Shown: one piece after another, positions 1-14,200 of the stretch | Position numbering within the stretch: position 1 is the first letter of the stretch | Layout of the letters: each line of letters begins with the position of its first letter | DNA from: Octopus vulgaris | Lineage: Eukaryota | Assembly (NCBI GenBank): GCA_951406725.2 | Contig: OX597818.1 | Coordinates: 66,588,001 to 66,652,000, forward strand | Length of the DNA: 64,000 nt | Reading direction: 5' to 3' | Program-made: the position numbers and the translations under genes | Notes under the pieces: model-generated | Databases searched by the model: none | Told to the model about the DNA's origin: nothing | What the model saw: only the letters and a program-made list of their open reading frames with translations

Positions 1-71
1 AGTATATATTGCCTGACGAAAATTTATATTATGCATATTCCTCAGTAAGAAATGTCATATTACAAGGGAAA

Positions 72-467
72 TCTTTATATATAAAATAGAGGTTGCGTGC
101 TGTCTGTCTCCTACGATTTAGATTCCTAACTAATCCCACATTTTGCGGTGTAGTTTGAACAAAACCGGGTATCTGATAGTCGTGATTCATATCGAGCCCT
201 TCTGGGTATTAGCGCGCGTCTACGATGAGTCTACGATTTAAAAAATAATTTACCATCAATGTTTCCCATTTTTAATGCATTTTTGGCATATATAAGGGAA
301 GTAACTCTCTAAAAATGTATTATTAAATCTCAGAACGTAAAAAGCTACAGTAACACCCCGCCTTTGTTGTTAGCCATATTGAGATGATTATTATACTTTA
401 CATCTCTAAAAATGCTTATATGGTTATTTCCCTTACAAACCCGAGCAACGCCGAGCGATACTGCTAG
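72..467 (+). mobile_element. Non-autonomous Helitron-like element
   Basis: 5' TC start (TCTTTATATATAAAA) after A71. 3' CTAG (464-467) before T468, preceded by a GC-rich imperfect hairpin CCCGAGCAACGCCGAG. A|T insertion site with no TSD fits Helitrons. Confidence 0.75.
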
Positions 468-990
468 TATATTATAAATATATCCTAGTATTAAATGCCG
501 TCACACTAAATACATTTTTTGGTAGACGTTCATTATATTAACTTTCAGCATTAATGAAAATGAGAATGTCATAAGCCATGTATATTTGCTTTCCCGTTTT
601 CTATTAAATTTTGATAACTTGCTCTCCAAGATCTCGATGTAATTACTCCTGAAAACACGACTAATATGGTTTAGCATAGCACTATTGTTTCTTATGCGAA
701 ATAATTGACATGAATTCCACGAAATGCAATTTCATTAAATTTTGAATGAAGAGGAAAAACAGATAATTGACAATTGTATGCTGGTGAAATATATTACAGG
801 TACGCCACTTCCATTTACCTGTAATCAGCATAAACAAATTATAAGCCTGTAACTTATAATGTTAAATGCTTACAAAGATTTTGGAAAGTCTCATAAATAC
901 ATTTGTTTACACAGAGATGTGTTAACCTTGCTCTATTCGTAAAATATTCTGTTGTTTCAGTGATTATAGGTTTGTTTCTGAACGTAAATA

Positions 991-1200
991 TACGAGGGAT
1001 GCTGCTATATTCTTGGCTTTGTGTAAGGGAAAATACAAGAGGAACTGTTAATTATTCTATTCAAAATATTCCCCTCTCATATCTACAAACTTATTGCAGC
1101 GGTCCTTCAGTTTTTCTACCCCATGTAAACGAACTGGGAAATTTGGGCCTCCAGCCTAGCCTTTCGTTATACCGTTGAAATTGTTAGCACCCCTTTTATA
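991..1200 (-). mobile_element. Mariner-derived internally deleted element
   Basis: Imperfect TIRs TACGAGGGATGCTG / TTAGCACCCCTTTTATA. Minus strand reads KLKDRCNKFVDMRGEYFE*, resembling a mariner transposase C-terminus. Confidence 0.6.
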
Positions 1201-3539
1201 GCTGGGTTGATCAAATACTTGCTGAAACGATGTAGAATTATTTTGCAATTCTGTAGTTGTGAATTTTTGCTCAAACACAGTTAAGTATTAACTATGTAAT
1301 AATATGAAACGATTAAAAGCTTACTACATCGAAATTACGTTTAAAATCTATAACTATGTAACATATGTTTCACACTGTGGGGAAGACTTAACGTGAAGAA
1401 CACAGACATGATAAAATAAATATGTTTGTCTACACACTTATTCACATAATAACCCTCATTGCATACACATATCATGGAAAAGGAAAAAAAGTGCTGACAG
1501 GAAGAGAACTGAATGCCTCCAATGCGTAAACGGTGTTGGATATAATAATAGAGAAGAGTTAATCCAAGGCCTAAATGTATATAAAGTAGCAGAAAAACTC
1601 AACATTGGAAAATGGTTTGAATAAAGAAGAAAAAACAACAACAGAAAGTGCAAAAAGAAATATCCGAATAGCATTAAAAAATAGCATTTCTCGATAATGA
1701 GAACCACTCGGCAAACTGTATGTCATACTTATATTTTGGGAGCCAAAATGTTTCTGAAAAGTCAATGGAAACACTAGAGACAAATTAGATGTGCTTACAA
1801 CGAAAGTGGCTCTCTTTATTATTTGCACTGTCAAGATGCACCTCGCATAAAAACAAGTGATATTTGCCAAATAAATAAATAAAATAACAAAGGAGCAATT
1901 TTTCCGAATTGTTCGTAAAATATATTGATTGTTAAATACATCGCAATATTATTAGAAGTTAAAATGTCTGTTACAGTTTTGGTTTATCCTTATTCGCTCG
2001 AACCTTATAGATCATAGTATATAGTAGTTTAACTATTACATTTTTTCAGATGGAAATACCATGATATTCGAGTGTTATGATTAAATAATTCGATGAATTC
2101 CTCTTTAACAAATATTAACACAGAAGAATGGATAACGTCGTCACAATTATTTCTAGATTCGAGGATGATAAATTATTCAAATGCAATTAGAAATTAGCTC
2201 ACGCGTGGAGTGAAGTTCACTGTTATTGTAGGCAAAAGTATTTTCTTTAAGAGAGAAACATGTTAGGCATAAGCAAGTACCACGTTACACATTTCTATAG
2301 CGGCGTAACCCGAATATACGCAAGCGTAATTGTACACAGAAGGGAGTATGACAGATATTTTTAATCATACCTCAACAGCAATGAAAGGGTTTGTATAAAC
2401 GTAAAATGTGGTACCTGGCAGCTGAATGTAGTGATGTTATAGAAGAAAATGAACGGAATATAATTTAACTACGTAATAGTCCCGATGTTTACGGAAATAA
2501 AGAATATTATAAATGTTACAGCGAACAACAGCATTGAGTAATTGACTGACTGCTATAGCACGTGTTCAGCATATAGAAAACCACCAATAAACAGCCAGTG
2601 TATTACTTCTGTCGTAAGTCTGAGTGATCACACCTGACCCAGGCTATATAACATAAAATTGATGGAATAGTACAACAGCAAGTATAAAAAATAATTGAGA
2701 ATATATAGAGAGAAAACTGAAGAAAAACGCATCTCAAATTATTGAGCCGATTTTAGCGTGAATGTAACCCGATCCCGTTATTATTTTTGTTCAATTTCTA
2801 ATATTCTTTTACAGCAGCAAATTTTAGAGAATATTTTCTTGGGAAATACAAGATATAAAATATATGTTATTTGGTGTCAGTTCTTTTCTATTTATTTCAT
2901 TCTTGAATTTCTTGAATCTCCATCTTACCCTTCTAAGAAACGAATTTATCATTTATATTTCCTTTGAGGGTTTTATTTCATCTTGTTTCACCATACTCCA
3001 ATAACTAAGCAGATATGCGTCCAGGCACTTGTTTCATTTTCTGTTTTTCTCTATTTTTATACATTCAAAATAATAATGTTTGCTATTCAGTGATCTGTAG
3101 AATTGGCACAGCCTCATTAGAGTGGGTTGTAATAATATTTGTCTTAGGTTTGCTATTTCTATTAGAATTTTCTCCAAGGAATGTAAAGGAATCTGATATT
3201 TTCCTTTTTTTAACTTTTCATTTCAAGAATATAACTGCTTGGCTTGTCACGAGAAAGTTTACAGAAATTTATCACTAACTTCCTAAATACATTCAATATA
3301 GCGACGTGGCCCTGAGCATTCACTGGATAAAAGCAATAAATATAATGTATTTATTTATATCTTTTATATGAATACTTCTTCGAATTCTATATCTCGACAT
3401 ATCTTTATCAACAGAATACATATACGTACGTGAATATGGAGACAGACTACTGGCTTATGAATAAAGCTAAAGAAACCTGGGAAACCGGCAACGTCTTTTG
3501 TTTACTAGTAATAACAACATCGGGAGAAAGAATGGAATG

Positions 3540-4575
3540 TGTTTTACATCATGGGGAAGCATCGACATCTAACGTTTCGGAAATTGTTCTTCTTCGGATG
3601 GCATAAAAATTATGAAAAATGGGAGAGGATTACAGAAAAAGTTTGTAATGTGTAACTATGTGATAGTTAATGATTCCCGGAGATAAATTACAAATATATC
3701 AAAGTAACAACTAAATGAATGTTAGAGGTGAGAGACACGAGGTGAAAAATACGAGTGTAGACTCATAGAAGATTAAACAGATAAAATAAATTAACAGTCG
3801 TATACAGAACAGCATGGCTTCATGTACTGGGTAAGACTTGACAATTCATCCAATAACGGGGATTTGGAACGGGAGTTCGAATGTTTTGAGAAGTTTGGAA
3901 CATCCTGTTATTCCCTATTGCTCCAAGGTTAATTTTGAATCAGAGTAATAGCCCTGTTAAGGTCACTGGTAGGCACTTACTAGCATGTGAGTCACCAACT
4001 TGAAACCCACAGTACATCTGCTGCGACAATCGGCGGTGACTTGATCAGTTGACGAGGTTATGAACTATTACGGATCGCACAATCCCAAAGTGTGTACGCA
4101 TGAGACCGGGGACCACATGCGAACTTCTATGCCAACTGAAACTTCAGACATGAATGCTTCACCTCAATAATGAATGACTAATAAAGTTACGGCGTCCGTG
4201 TGACCTAATGATACACAGAGATGATTGTCACAATTGCGTACAGGGTATCTGGGCCGCAGGCAGAAACATTACTCTGACTGCTACAACGTTACGGTCGACT
4301 GTCGGATGTGGTGATTATTTATCGGGGACATGTTGAACCATATGCCGGGAGTCGGTTTCACCCAAACTGGTTAAATGCCACCAGAATTATAAGAACAAGT
4401 ATGACTGCACCCTGTAATATGATATTAATAATGGTGGATGGGTGGGAGTAATTTACTGTCAAAATTGTGAGAAGAACGGTTTTAGGGAATAATAAAAACA
4501 AGAAATGCTTTCAGGGGAAGCTGTTTTTGGTCCTCACTCTATTATTGTTTGCGGAAATACGGCTTCATACGATTA
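3540..4575 (-). mobile_element. Heavily decayed Penelope-like element (RT C-terminus, GIY-YIG, pLTR)
   Basis: Frameshifted minus-strand traces of PLE-like motifs (E..QLP..FL; NLV..C...VG; AIG), followed by a hammerhead-like motif at 3564-3602. Confidence 0.4.
3564..3602 (-). ncRNA. Minimal type I hammerhead ribozyme-like motif (core mutated)
   Basis: Reverse complement: CATC-CGAAGA-AGAACAATTTCC-GAAACGTTA-GATG. Helix I CATC/GATG, palindromic AACGTT helix III; CCGAAGA instead of CTGAAGA. Confidence 0.5.
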
Positions 4576-5559
4576 ACTTAAATAATGACTACGAAGATGG
4601 AGACTATTAGCACCTTCAAATATCGTTATCATTATCATCGTTGTTATCACCTCAATCATTACAAGCAATGACGTCGCCATTTTGATTACCACCACAGCCG
4701 TCGCCGACACCGTCTGCATCATCGTTATTAACACTCGAAGATAGTGGCAGCTGATAATTACCATTCAGGATGTTCATCATTGTCGTACTTGTGTGAGTCT
4801 CGTAGTTCCTGTTGTCCTGTCAGGATTATATTTTATTCCACGTTAAACATTTGGTAAATCGAATCGAAAATTTGCATCATAGAAATTTACATTTCCCCTT
4901 AATAATATCTGCGGGTGGGCAGAGAAAATTAACATTCATTTGCCATGATATATACATTTAGAACTTGGTGAATGTTTTGATATTACGAAATAACAGTAAT
5001 ATATGTTCTAATATATAGTAAATCGTGAGACGTTTAGTACAATTTAATTTTATAAAAGAAATTTTGAACCTTAACATCGAGATATGATTTACATCCGGGT
5101 AGATTTGATAAGAATCATTTCTAATCAAGTAAGAAACTTCTATGAATATTGTTCGTAATTCATTCTGCCACCCGTTTACGAACGGGTGGCAGAATTTTGG
5201 TTCCGTTATGTGAAACAATTCAATCAGGTGGATATTGATAAATGTATCTACCTTGCTCTCTTTCCGTTTCAATCTCTCTGTATACGTATACATATGCATA
5301 TGCATATGTATACGTATGTGTATATGTATATGTATACATACATACACATTAATTATTTAATACTTTTACCCTTATATGTATAAAGTTATATATGTGAGTG
5401 TGTGTGTATGTACAATTATGATTCCGTTATGATTATATGTGTTTGTGTGCCTGTCTTTCTATAAACACACACGCATATATAAACAAGCGTGACTGCGTGA
5501 TATTTTGGGCAAATATTTTCTAGAAGAAATAACCCTCATCAAGAATTTAACAATTCTCT

Positions 5560-6200
5560 CTTCCCCTTGACCTTTCCAGAAACATTTTGAACATGAAATT
5601 TTCTTTTTGGTTTAAAAATTTGTTTCCCATCCACTTGAACATTTCCTTCTTTGCCTACGCCTCTCCACTAAGTTTTTAAGCATTGAATTACCCTCTTCAT
5701 GTTTTCAGTATTTTTCTCTTTCACTTCGCCTCTTCACAAACATGTTAACCATGGAATTCCCCTCTTCATATGTTTAACATTTCTTTCTTTCCCTTCGGTT
5801 CTGCACGCAATTTTTAACCATGGAAGTCCCCTCTTCATGTCTTTGATATTTTTCTCTTTCTTTTTCCCCCGTCCGCAAAGTTTTAGACTATGCAATTCCC
5901 TTCAGCAAGTCTTTAATATTTTCCCGTTTCACTTCGCCTCTCCACCAACATTCTAATCATAGAATTCTCTTCTTCAAGTTTTCAATATTTCCCTCTTTCA
6001 CTTCACCCCTCAGCAAACTTTTTAACTATGGATATCCCTTCCTCAACTCTCTAACATTCCCTTCGCCTTTTCACAAACGTTTTAACCATGACAATCCCAT
6101 CTTCATGCCTTTAACATTTCCCTTTTTCTTGTCGGTTCTCATCAACCTTTTTCACCCTGGAATTCCCTTCCTCTCTTGTTTACCATTCGTCTCTTTCTCT
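5560..6200. repeat. Degenerate ~68-bp pyrimidine-rich minisatellite, ~9 units
   Basis: Recurring TAACCATGGAATTCCC(C/T)TCTTCA-like motif near 5678, 5746, 5815, 5884, 5954, 6022, 6082 and 6152. Confidence 0.85.
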
Positions 6201-7394
6201 TCACCACTCACTTCCACGAACCACATAAGTGACAGCATAATGCATCCGCAGGCTATCTGCTCTTTCACACAGCCTCATATTCCGTCTCCTTCCCTCTCGC
6301 CACCTCCTCCTCTTCTTTCACAAACTATATTGTTATTATCATTATTCTACGAACAGGTAGAAGAAATATATTATAAATATAGTTGCATAAAAAATGCTGT
6401 CTGATATCAACATATCACCACCACAACTACAACCACCACCACTACAACCACCACCACTGCAACCACCAGCACTACCACCACCAACAAAAACAACAACAAC
6501 TAAAGTATAACAGACGAACGAACAAACAGATTACTTTATAGATATATGCATGTAAGTAGTTATATTTATGTAGGTTTTTGAAGTTGTTTCATCATTAATG
6601 GAATGAATTCCACCATTGCCATTCTGTCTCTGTAGAGTCAGACAGCACATCATAACCAAATATAATAATTCCATCTTCACCACTATACCATATAATGCTA
6701 AGAATTTGTTTCTGCTATCTCCGGCTGGTGAGCTGCCAAATATTCGCTCGCTGAGAAAATTATAATTTTACTAAACACAGTTTTTCATACGGAAATTCTA
6801 TTCAATTCAGCGAAGAATTGAAACCATTTCAATTTCTCGGCAATCCAGGCATTTAAATCGAGTCTGTATACACCGAACACGTCTGAATTAAAAATCTAGA
6901 AAGAGGTGAACTGAAGTTAATACATCTGACAAATAGTATTAATAATCAAATCCCCATTGTTCATTTGGAATTAGCTACTCTTGTTCGGTGAAGTCATATT
7001 GCAGACATAAACTTGTCAAATACAATACATTATGTGCCTCTGTACCAATAAAATGTTGAAGTTTCAAACATTATTGAGAAAACCGTTCGCCTGTCATCCT
7101 ATTGAAACGTTTTCTGTCGCTCCACATTCCCGTCTATGTATTAATGTCCAAACAACGGAAAACGTCTTAAACTTGGAGAGTTATAATTTGTTATTTCTCT
7201 CCGTGTTTATTCATTTCATTATATCAATCTATTTATATATATATGAATATATTCATTATATTTTGTCACCATTTTCACTGGTATTTTAATATATTTTCGA
7301 AGTATAGAGCAAAGCGTTGACGGCAGTATTTTGAAAAAGATCTGGGATTTACAGAATCGCCTGGAGTACATATGACCCATCACACATTTTTCTG

Positions 7395-7598
<204 letters not shown>

Positions 7599-7971
7599 CC
7601 CGAGATTTAAAAGTAGCTATTTTACGAGATAAGTGACTGTTTTTGTCCCTTCTATATTTGTATATCGCATGTAGGCCGAGTAAGATGCTGTCTCTAGCTG
7701 GTGGTTGACCAGCACTGAGGATGGAAAATTACCCAGACACAATTTCTCTATTGGTACTGCTAGTGGCTAGGAGGGAGTAGGACTTCCTTGCTCAAAATAT
7801 AATTCAGACGCAGGTCGCGTGTAGATAACAAGCTGGAAGAGAGGTTTTCCTGGGGATAAAAGGTAGTAACATGGTCCTACGCAGGAATGTCACCTTTCAT
7901 TGCCAAATAGATTTTACTATACAGTATAGTTACTTCATATATATGTATATATATCATTTTATACATATGTA

Positions 7972-8016
<45 letters not shown>

Positions 8017-8029
8017 CTTTATACTTATG

Positions 8030-8113
<84 letters not shown>

Positions 8114-9738
8114 TATCCGTCTAACTATCTGTTTGTCTGCCTGGCAGCCTGTCTGTATATCTTCCTAGCTCTCTGTCTGTCTCTCTTTGTCTCACTCTCT
8201 CTCTCTCTCTCTCTCTCTATTTATCCGCCTGTCTCACTGTCAACATATATTATACGGATAGAGAATGTGGAGACTGTCATAGGAGCAAATTTTATTCCAC
8301 TTTATTTTACGATGTCACGCAGAATATTTCTCTATGTATGACATTGCAAAATAAAAGGAAAAATTTTTGAGGATGTGTCACTTTCCATATTCTGTATAGT
8401 TTTAATTGTTACTTATATAAATTCCAGATAATATTACCATCCATTGAAGCGAACAGGGAATTACCCATCGGAGAAATTTAGAGCTTGAGTGACGACGCCT
8501 AACAGTCATAGACGTTAAATACTAATCGATGAGGTTAGCCATAATCTGGTACTGCACTAAGAGCTACGACGGCGTCCAATCGGATAATATATCACTCCAA
8601 ACTGACACACAGGTATACGCATACACACAAACAAACACACTCACACTCACTCACAATCACACACACACACACACAAACACACTCACAACACACACACACG
8701 CATGCACATATCCGAAAATGAACACGAGATATAATATCGGTTCGAATATATGGAGGAATATAAAAATGAATTCTTTAAAACTAATCTTGGTTGGATAATA
8801 TCAACTTTAATGGTTTTTCTTTCTTTTCCTACACCTAAATATGTCGTTGGTTAGAAAAGAGCATAATTGCCTCAATAAACGTTTAGCAATAAGATTCACG
8901 AAGAAAAAAATCTGTAGCAACATTTAAATTTTGGAACATGATAAACGCGCATAACTTGTTTTCAGATAGTATATTAAGGCATCCGTGCACCAAAATTATA
9001 TTGTAAATCGGTGCGTGACAGTCAAATTCATATAAATGACGGTTGTCGTTTTCTACAGACTTTTTGTTCAATATTGCCTTAGTTACATTTATCTCTTGTT
9101 TTGTATTTTGGCGAATGGAAATTGAATCGTGAGAGTTACCAGAAAGTCATTAATCCTTAAAGAAACACACTTTCAATATCTGTATATATTTTATTTTAGC
9201 ATCCTGCCCTTGCGTTTCTTTTTTTTTTTCAGGGGAATTCTCTGCATAAGCTTCGTGATTAGCGCGCATCAGTTACTGCCAACTAGTATACACTTCATTT
9301 CCTATCTTGCACAGAATTCCTTAAAACAGGATTTTTAAAGATGCAGTCATCATAAATATATTGTCGTCATTTCTCTTTCCAGCTCAGATATATTTTCTTC
9401 ATATCTACATTTTGTATCCGTTTCTCGATAGAAATTTCAATACAGCATTCTTATCTCCATTGCTGTCTGGCGACACCAGAGCGAAGTACTGACATGATGT
9501 GTTTAACAACATTCATATACAGCCTCGTGCTTTCGTGTTCAGTCCAGTTGACGTCGTGTTTTCTAATATAGCCTCGGGCTGGCCATTATTGTGTGAGTGA
9601 ATATAGTTGATGACATCTGAACATAATCCCGTTGTAAATACACGCACGAAAATGCAAACACATGCATACACACACACGCACACACTCACACACACACACA
9701 TACATAGGCATGTATATCTATATATATATAAATATTAC

Positions 9739-9820
<82 letters not shown>

Positions 9821-10034
9821 CAATAAGATTATATATCATAACAATATGTATTCTCCAATTTCCAGCGACAATTTTTAGATTGAAACAAATGATAAGCTAA
9901 CTGCACCCAGAATGGAAACCACAAATCAAGGCTAACATGGCTGCTTGCGCATATAGAGTTATTATAGCATGAGTCTTCCATAGTAGCTTTCTCTCTGTAG
10001 CTTACAAACCCTTTCTGCTTTATTTACAAATATT

Positions 10035-10290
<256 letters not shown>

Positions 10291-10444
10291 GAGAGAGAAA
10301 GAGTGTGTTTCAAAAAATTCGATATCATTTCGCAACCTAATAACTTTGCCAGTTCTTGTTCAAATTACCTCAAATTTGAATAGCATGTGTAGAAACAGGT
10401 CAAAATTTTGCGTTCAATATTTGATATGTTTATCCTTTCCGATA

Positions 10445-11125
10445 TAAAATTGGTATTCACTAAAAGAGAAACGTTGTTTTGTGCGTTGGAGAATGCTCTA
10501 ACATAGTCGGACAAGACAGTGCAGCGTGCATTTGTGAGAGGGTTCTCTAAAGAGTCACCTGTGGCAATGTAGATTTGGACAGGGCACAAAAAATTCAAAG
10601 AGGAAGGCTGTCTGTGCAAGACAAAAGGATCTGCACGTTCACTAACATCGGAAGGGACGGTTGAGTGATTTTGCCAAAAGCCCTTGCGAATCCCCAGGAG
10701 GTCCATGGCGCCTCACCAGGAAACGCTTGCTAATCAAACCCTACAAACTACAGCTCGTTCAGGCCATAAAGGTAGATGACAAGTGAAAGCGCGAATAATT
10801 CTGTGTTGATATGCAAAAGAAAATCGAAGAAACCGAGTTCATGGAACGTCTTGTTTTCAGTGATGAGGCCACATTTTATACAAATGGCAAAGTCTAAAAG
10901 CATAATGTTCGCATTTAGGGCGGAAAAGATCTCCATGTCACAGTTTAGCATGAGAAGGACTCACTAAAAGTGAATATGTTCTGGGCCATCTAGAAGAAGC
11001 TCTTTCATGACCCGCTTTTTTTTCTTTGAGGTTAATGTGACCGGCGATGTTTATCTGTAAATGCTTCAACACTGATTAATGGATGATTTCATTACAAAGG
11101 GACATGAAGACTTCCTATTTCAACA
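10445..11125 (+). mobile_element. Tc1/mariner-superfamily transposase relic
   Basis: Fragmented translation: SDKTVQRAFVR.FSK..P...IW..HKKFKEEGCLCKTKGS (HTH region), VFSDEATFYTNGKV..HNVRI (first catalytic D), KVNMFWAI...VTGDVYL. Stops and frameshifts present. Confidence 0.75.
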
Positions 11126-11247
11126 GGTTCGAAATATCCCTAAAACACCTGATGAAGGCTGGAGAGTACATCAGCCGAAACGTTGTGTTAACAACAAACA
11201 AGAAGAAGATAATTATCCGTCAAATGTAACTAATGTTAATAATGTAC
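11126..11247 (+). mobile_element. Short non-coding hammerhead-bearing repeat (solo pLTR or retrozyme-like), copy 1
   Basis: Same sequence family recurs at 35805-35957 (-) and 35961-36084 (+). Abuts the end of the Tc1 relic. Confidence 0.7.
11144..11189 (+). ncRNA. Minimal type I hammerhead ribozyme, intact core
   Basis: Helix I AACAC/GTGTT; CTGATGA (11149-11155) plus an extra A; helix II GGCTG/CAGCC; GAAA-CG-TT with palindromic AACGTT helix III, as in PLE minimal hammerheads. Confidence 0.75.
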
Positions 11248-14200
11248 TCTTATGCTTATACGATATTATGCACATACGATGTTATACACACACACACATA
11301 AAATATCAAATTGCTGATACTTTTATCATTATTGTTAACCTCCAGTGTCAGGTCAAATATATTGATAAACAGTAGACCAAGAGTACAACGAAAAATAAGT
11401 TAGCAGTGTCAGCTTACATTTGAGATACGCAATTCAGCATGGGAAATATGCTGTAAGCGAAATCTGTGACCGTATAAGTGTTAATTGCAGATCAATGTAT
11501 TTCTGTTATTTCTGTAAGAGACATATGAAACTTAAAGGTAAGATTATATTTTTTATGTTGCATAGGAAAACCATTGAATGGAATTTACATATCATATCGG
11601 AACTTCAGTAATTGTTTGTATTATCTTGAAATTCATCTTACTTTTTCTTGTATATTAAATCTTTTTTATAAATTATATATAAAATATTTCTGAGAATATT
11701 TTAGAATCAATAGAAATGTTTCACAGATAGCTACATTACAGCAGAACATGTGCCAAGGAAAATTTGAAATCTTCAAATGAATTATCCGTTGATGGGTCTG
11801 TATTTTAAAAGAAGTTCTTTAATAACAATTCCATATCTCTCAAGTGTGAAGGCTTTATTAACCAACATCCAATTGATATAACATTTCATTCACTGCTGTT
11901 TTTCCAGAATTTGCTGTGACACATTCTATGGTAATCGATTTCCTGTATTTTTTCTTCAAATATAGCTATTTTTATTTTTTAAATAACTCCTCCAACTTTA
12001 TAAAGATTTCCTTCATTAATTATTCCAAACGGATATTAAAAACAGAAATGATTTACTAAACAATAGACTGGGCTCAATATCCTCATATCAAGACACTTTA
12101 TCATTGATTTAAACAGAAATACAAAGTAAAAACAAAAATTTATGAATCTTCTTCCTCATTGTCTACCTCGTGGTATTTAAATATAAAACTAATTTAGAAG
12201 TTTTACAAAAGATGGAGAAAGAAACAGTATTGAATTTTGGTGCCGTGTATCGTGAAATGAATGTGTAACTTTTAAACTGTTGCAAGGCACGAAAGTAGGT
12301 TTTAAGTAATTTTCCACTGGTTTCAAGACATGAAGTAAATTAGCGACCAGTTCTTTAACAAATTAGTTATTTCTGTTCCACAGATTGGAGATATTAAATT
12401 GGGTTGTCCACCGGTATAAACTGAGTATTCCATTGTTGGCTCATCCCAATTTCCAGCATATTGAATCAGCGTGCAAATAGTGCAGCATCCCAAAGCACAT
12501 GTACTTTAAATGTAATTCCAAGGTAGACTTAATGTGAAAATGTGAAGGATGGTAGATTGCATTGTTTCAATTACAAGTGAAAACACCTGTTCTGATGTCA
12601 GCGAATTTTTGTATAGTTAAATTTAGATATAAATTAAGAGTTTAGCCCTAATATGAAAAATTAGATTTGTCAAAACAACAAAGCCAATAAAGTTTCTATT
12701 ATATTTGTACGACGTTCCGACAATTTGTTTATATTCTTCGTAAGCACTTTAATCAATCATTCGAGTCGATTTCCTGATATTCGGAAGTACGATTCAGAAC
12801 GTGACGTTCCAAAAATGAGTGAACAACTTTTGTCCCATCATTCTGACTACTAAGATTTCCTCGTTAATAGAGACAGCTACTAACACTATTGTTTTCCAAT
12901 AACTTGAATCTCTGTTATTTTATGACAATCTGAGTGGGCTTGTAAAGAATCAGTACTTCTCAGGTCATATATTTTCAAGCCTCTGATTAGAGGTCACTCA
13001 TTTTACGTCCGTCTGGCATGCATATGTCTTATATAAAATTCCTGCCTAAGGCATTTTACCTATATTTTATCACAGAGGTAACTTGTTGCTTAATAAATCA
13101 TACTTTGTTACATGATTTATATCAGAAATTATTTCTGGCTCCAAAAGCAATAAGGTAAAATTGAAGTTCGAAGTGATATATTCTGCATTATTTTTGTATC
13201 TTTTAGCATTTATTGGGAAATATTATGACCATGCACAGCCATACAAAAGCACCAAGAAACACTGCAGAATTATCACTGACGAATCCTACCACTTTCTCAT
13301 ATTTATATCTAAATTTCTGAACCGAAACTCTGATTTCGTTCATGCTTGTAATGGCAAATCCTGTAGAACTCTAACGCATTTCAAATAATTAGATTCTTTC
13401 TGACAATTCAACATGAAACTAACTTACACTTCTCTCCACTACACTAGAAAAGGATCCCTATAATATAACACGTGTCGTTATTCTACCAAATATATACGTT
13501 TTTATTATTATTTTGCAATTTACTTAATTATCAGTATATTATTGTTATTTTATCTTTAATATTTCTATTATATGTAATTTTCTAGATGGTGTAATTTAAT
13601 TATTCATTTTGAATTGATAAAATTGTTTCTTTTTAAATGTCTATATATATATTATATTTTGTGAAATTTGATTTAATATTTCTATTTTTTCCCTGTAATT
13701 AGGTTTAATATTCCCTCAAATAATAATAATAATAATAATATTAATAATAATAATAATAATAACTATCATTATTATTATTATTATTATTATGTATATATAT
13801 GTATATATATAAAGTAGTATATATATATATATAAACTAGTGTTACGACTCTAAAATGTAGTAATTATCTAAAAGTTCGGTCTATTTTAAACCCAATTACC
13901 AACGAAACATTTTCTAAGTTTGTATGCAGCCACTCATAATTACACACATATATACATTCCCATATATAGATATATGCAAATATGATGATAATTAACCAAG
14001 CTTATATATTTTTCTTTTACTTTTTCTTGTGTACATATTTGTATTTGTTATTACATAAAAATGTCCAAGAGAAGCAATAATTATAAATACCAGAGCCCAA
14101 AATCTAAGACAAAAAAGTTAAACTTTCTAAAACGTCAACAAAACTCATGTAAAATAATTAGGTATACGAGACTCCCCATCCCGAGAGAAAATAAACTTTA

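Noticed and set aside
5560-6200. Possible CRISPR-like array
   Set aside because: The whole unit is repeated and diverged, with no unique spacers or cas genes, in a eukaryotic context.
7708-7762. Hammerhead-like AGCA-CTGAGGA-TGG...CCA-GAC...TGCT
   Set aside because: The GAAA box is broken and the helix III register is ambiguous.
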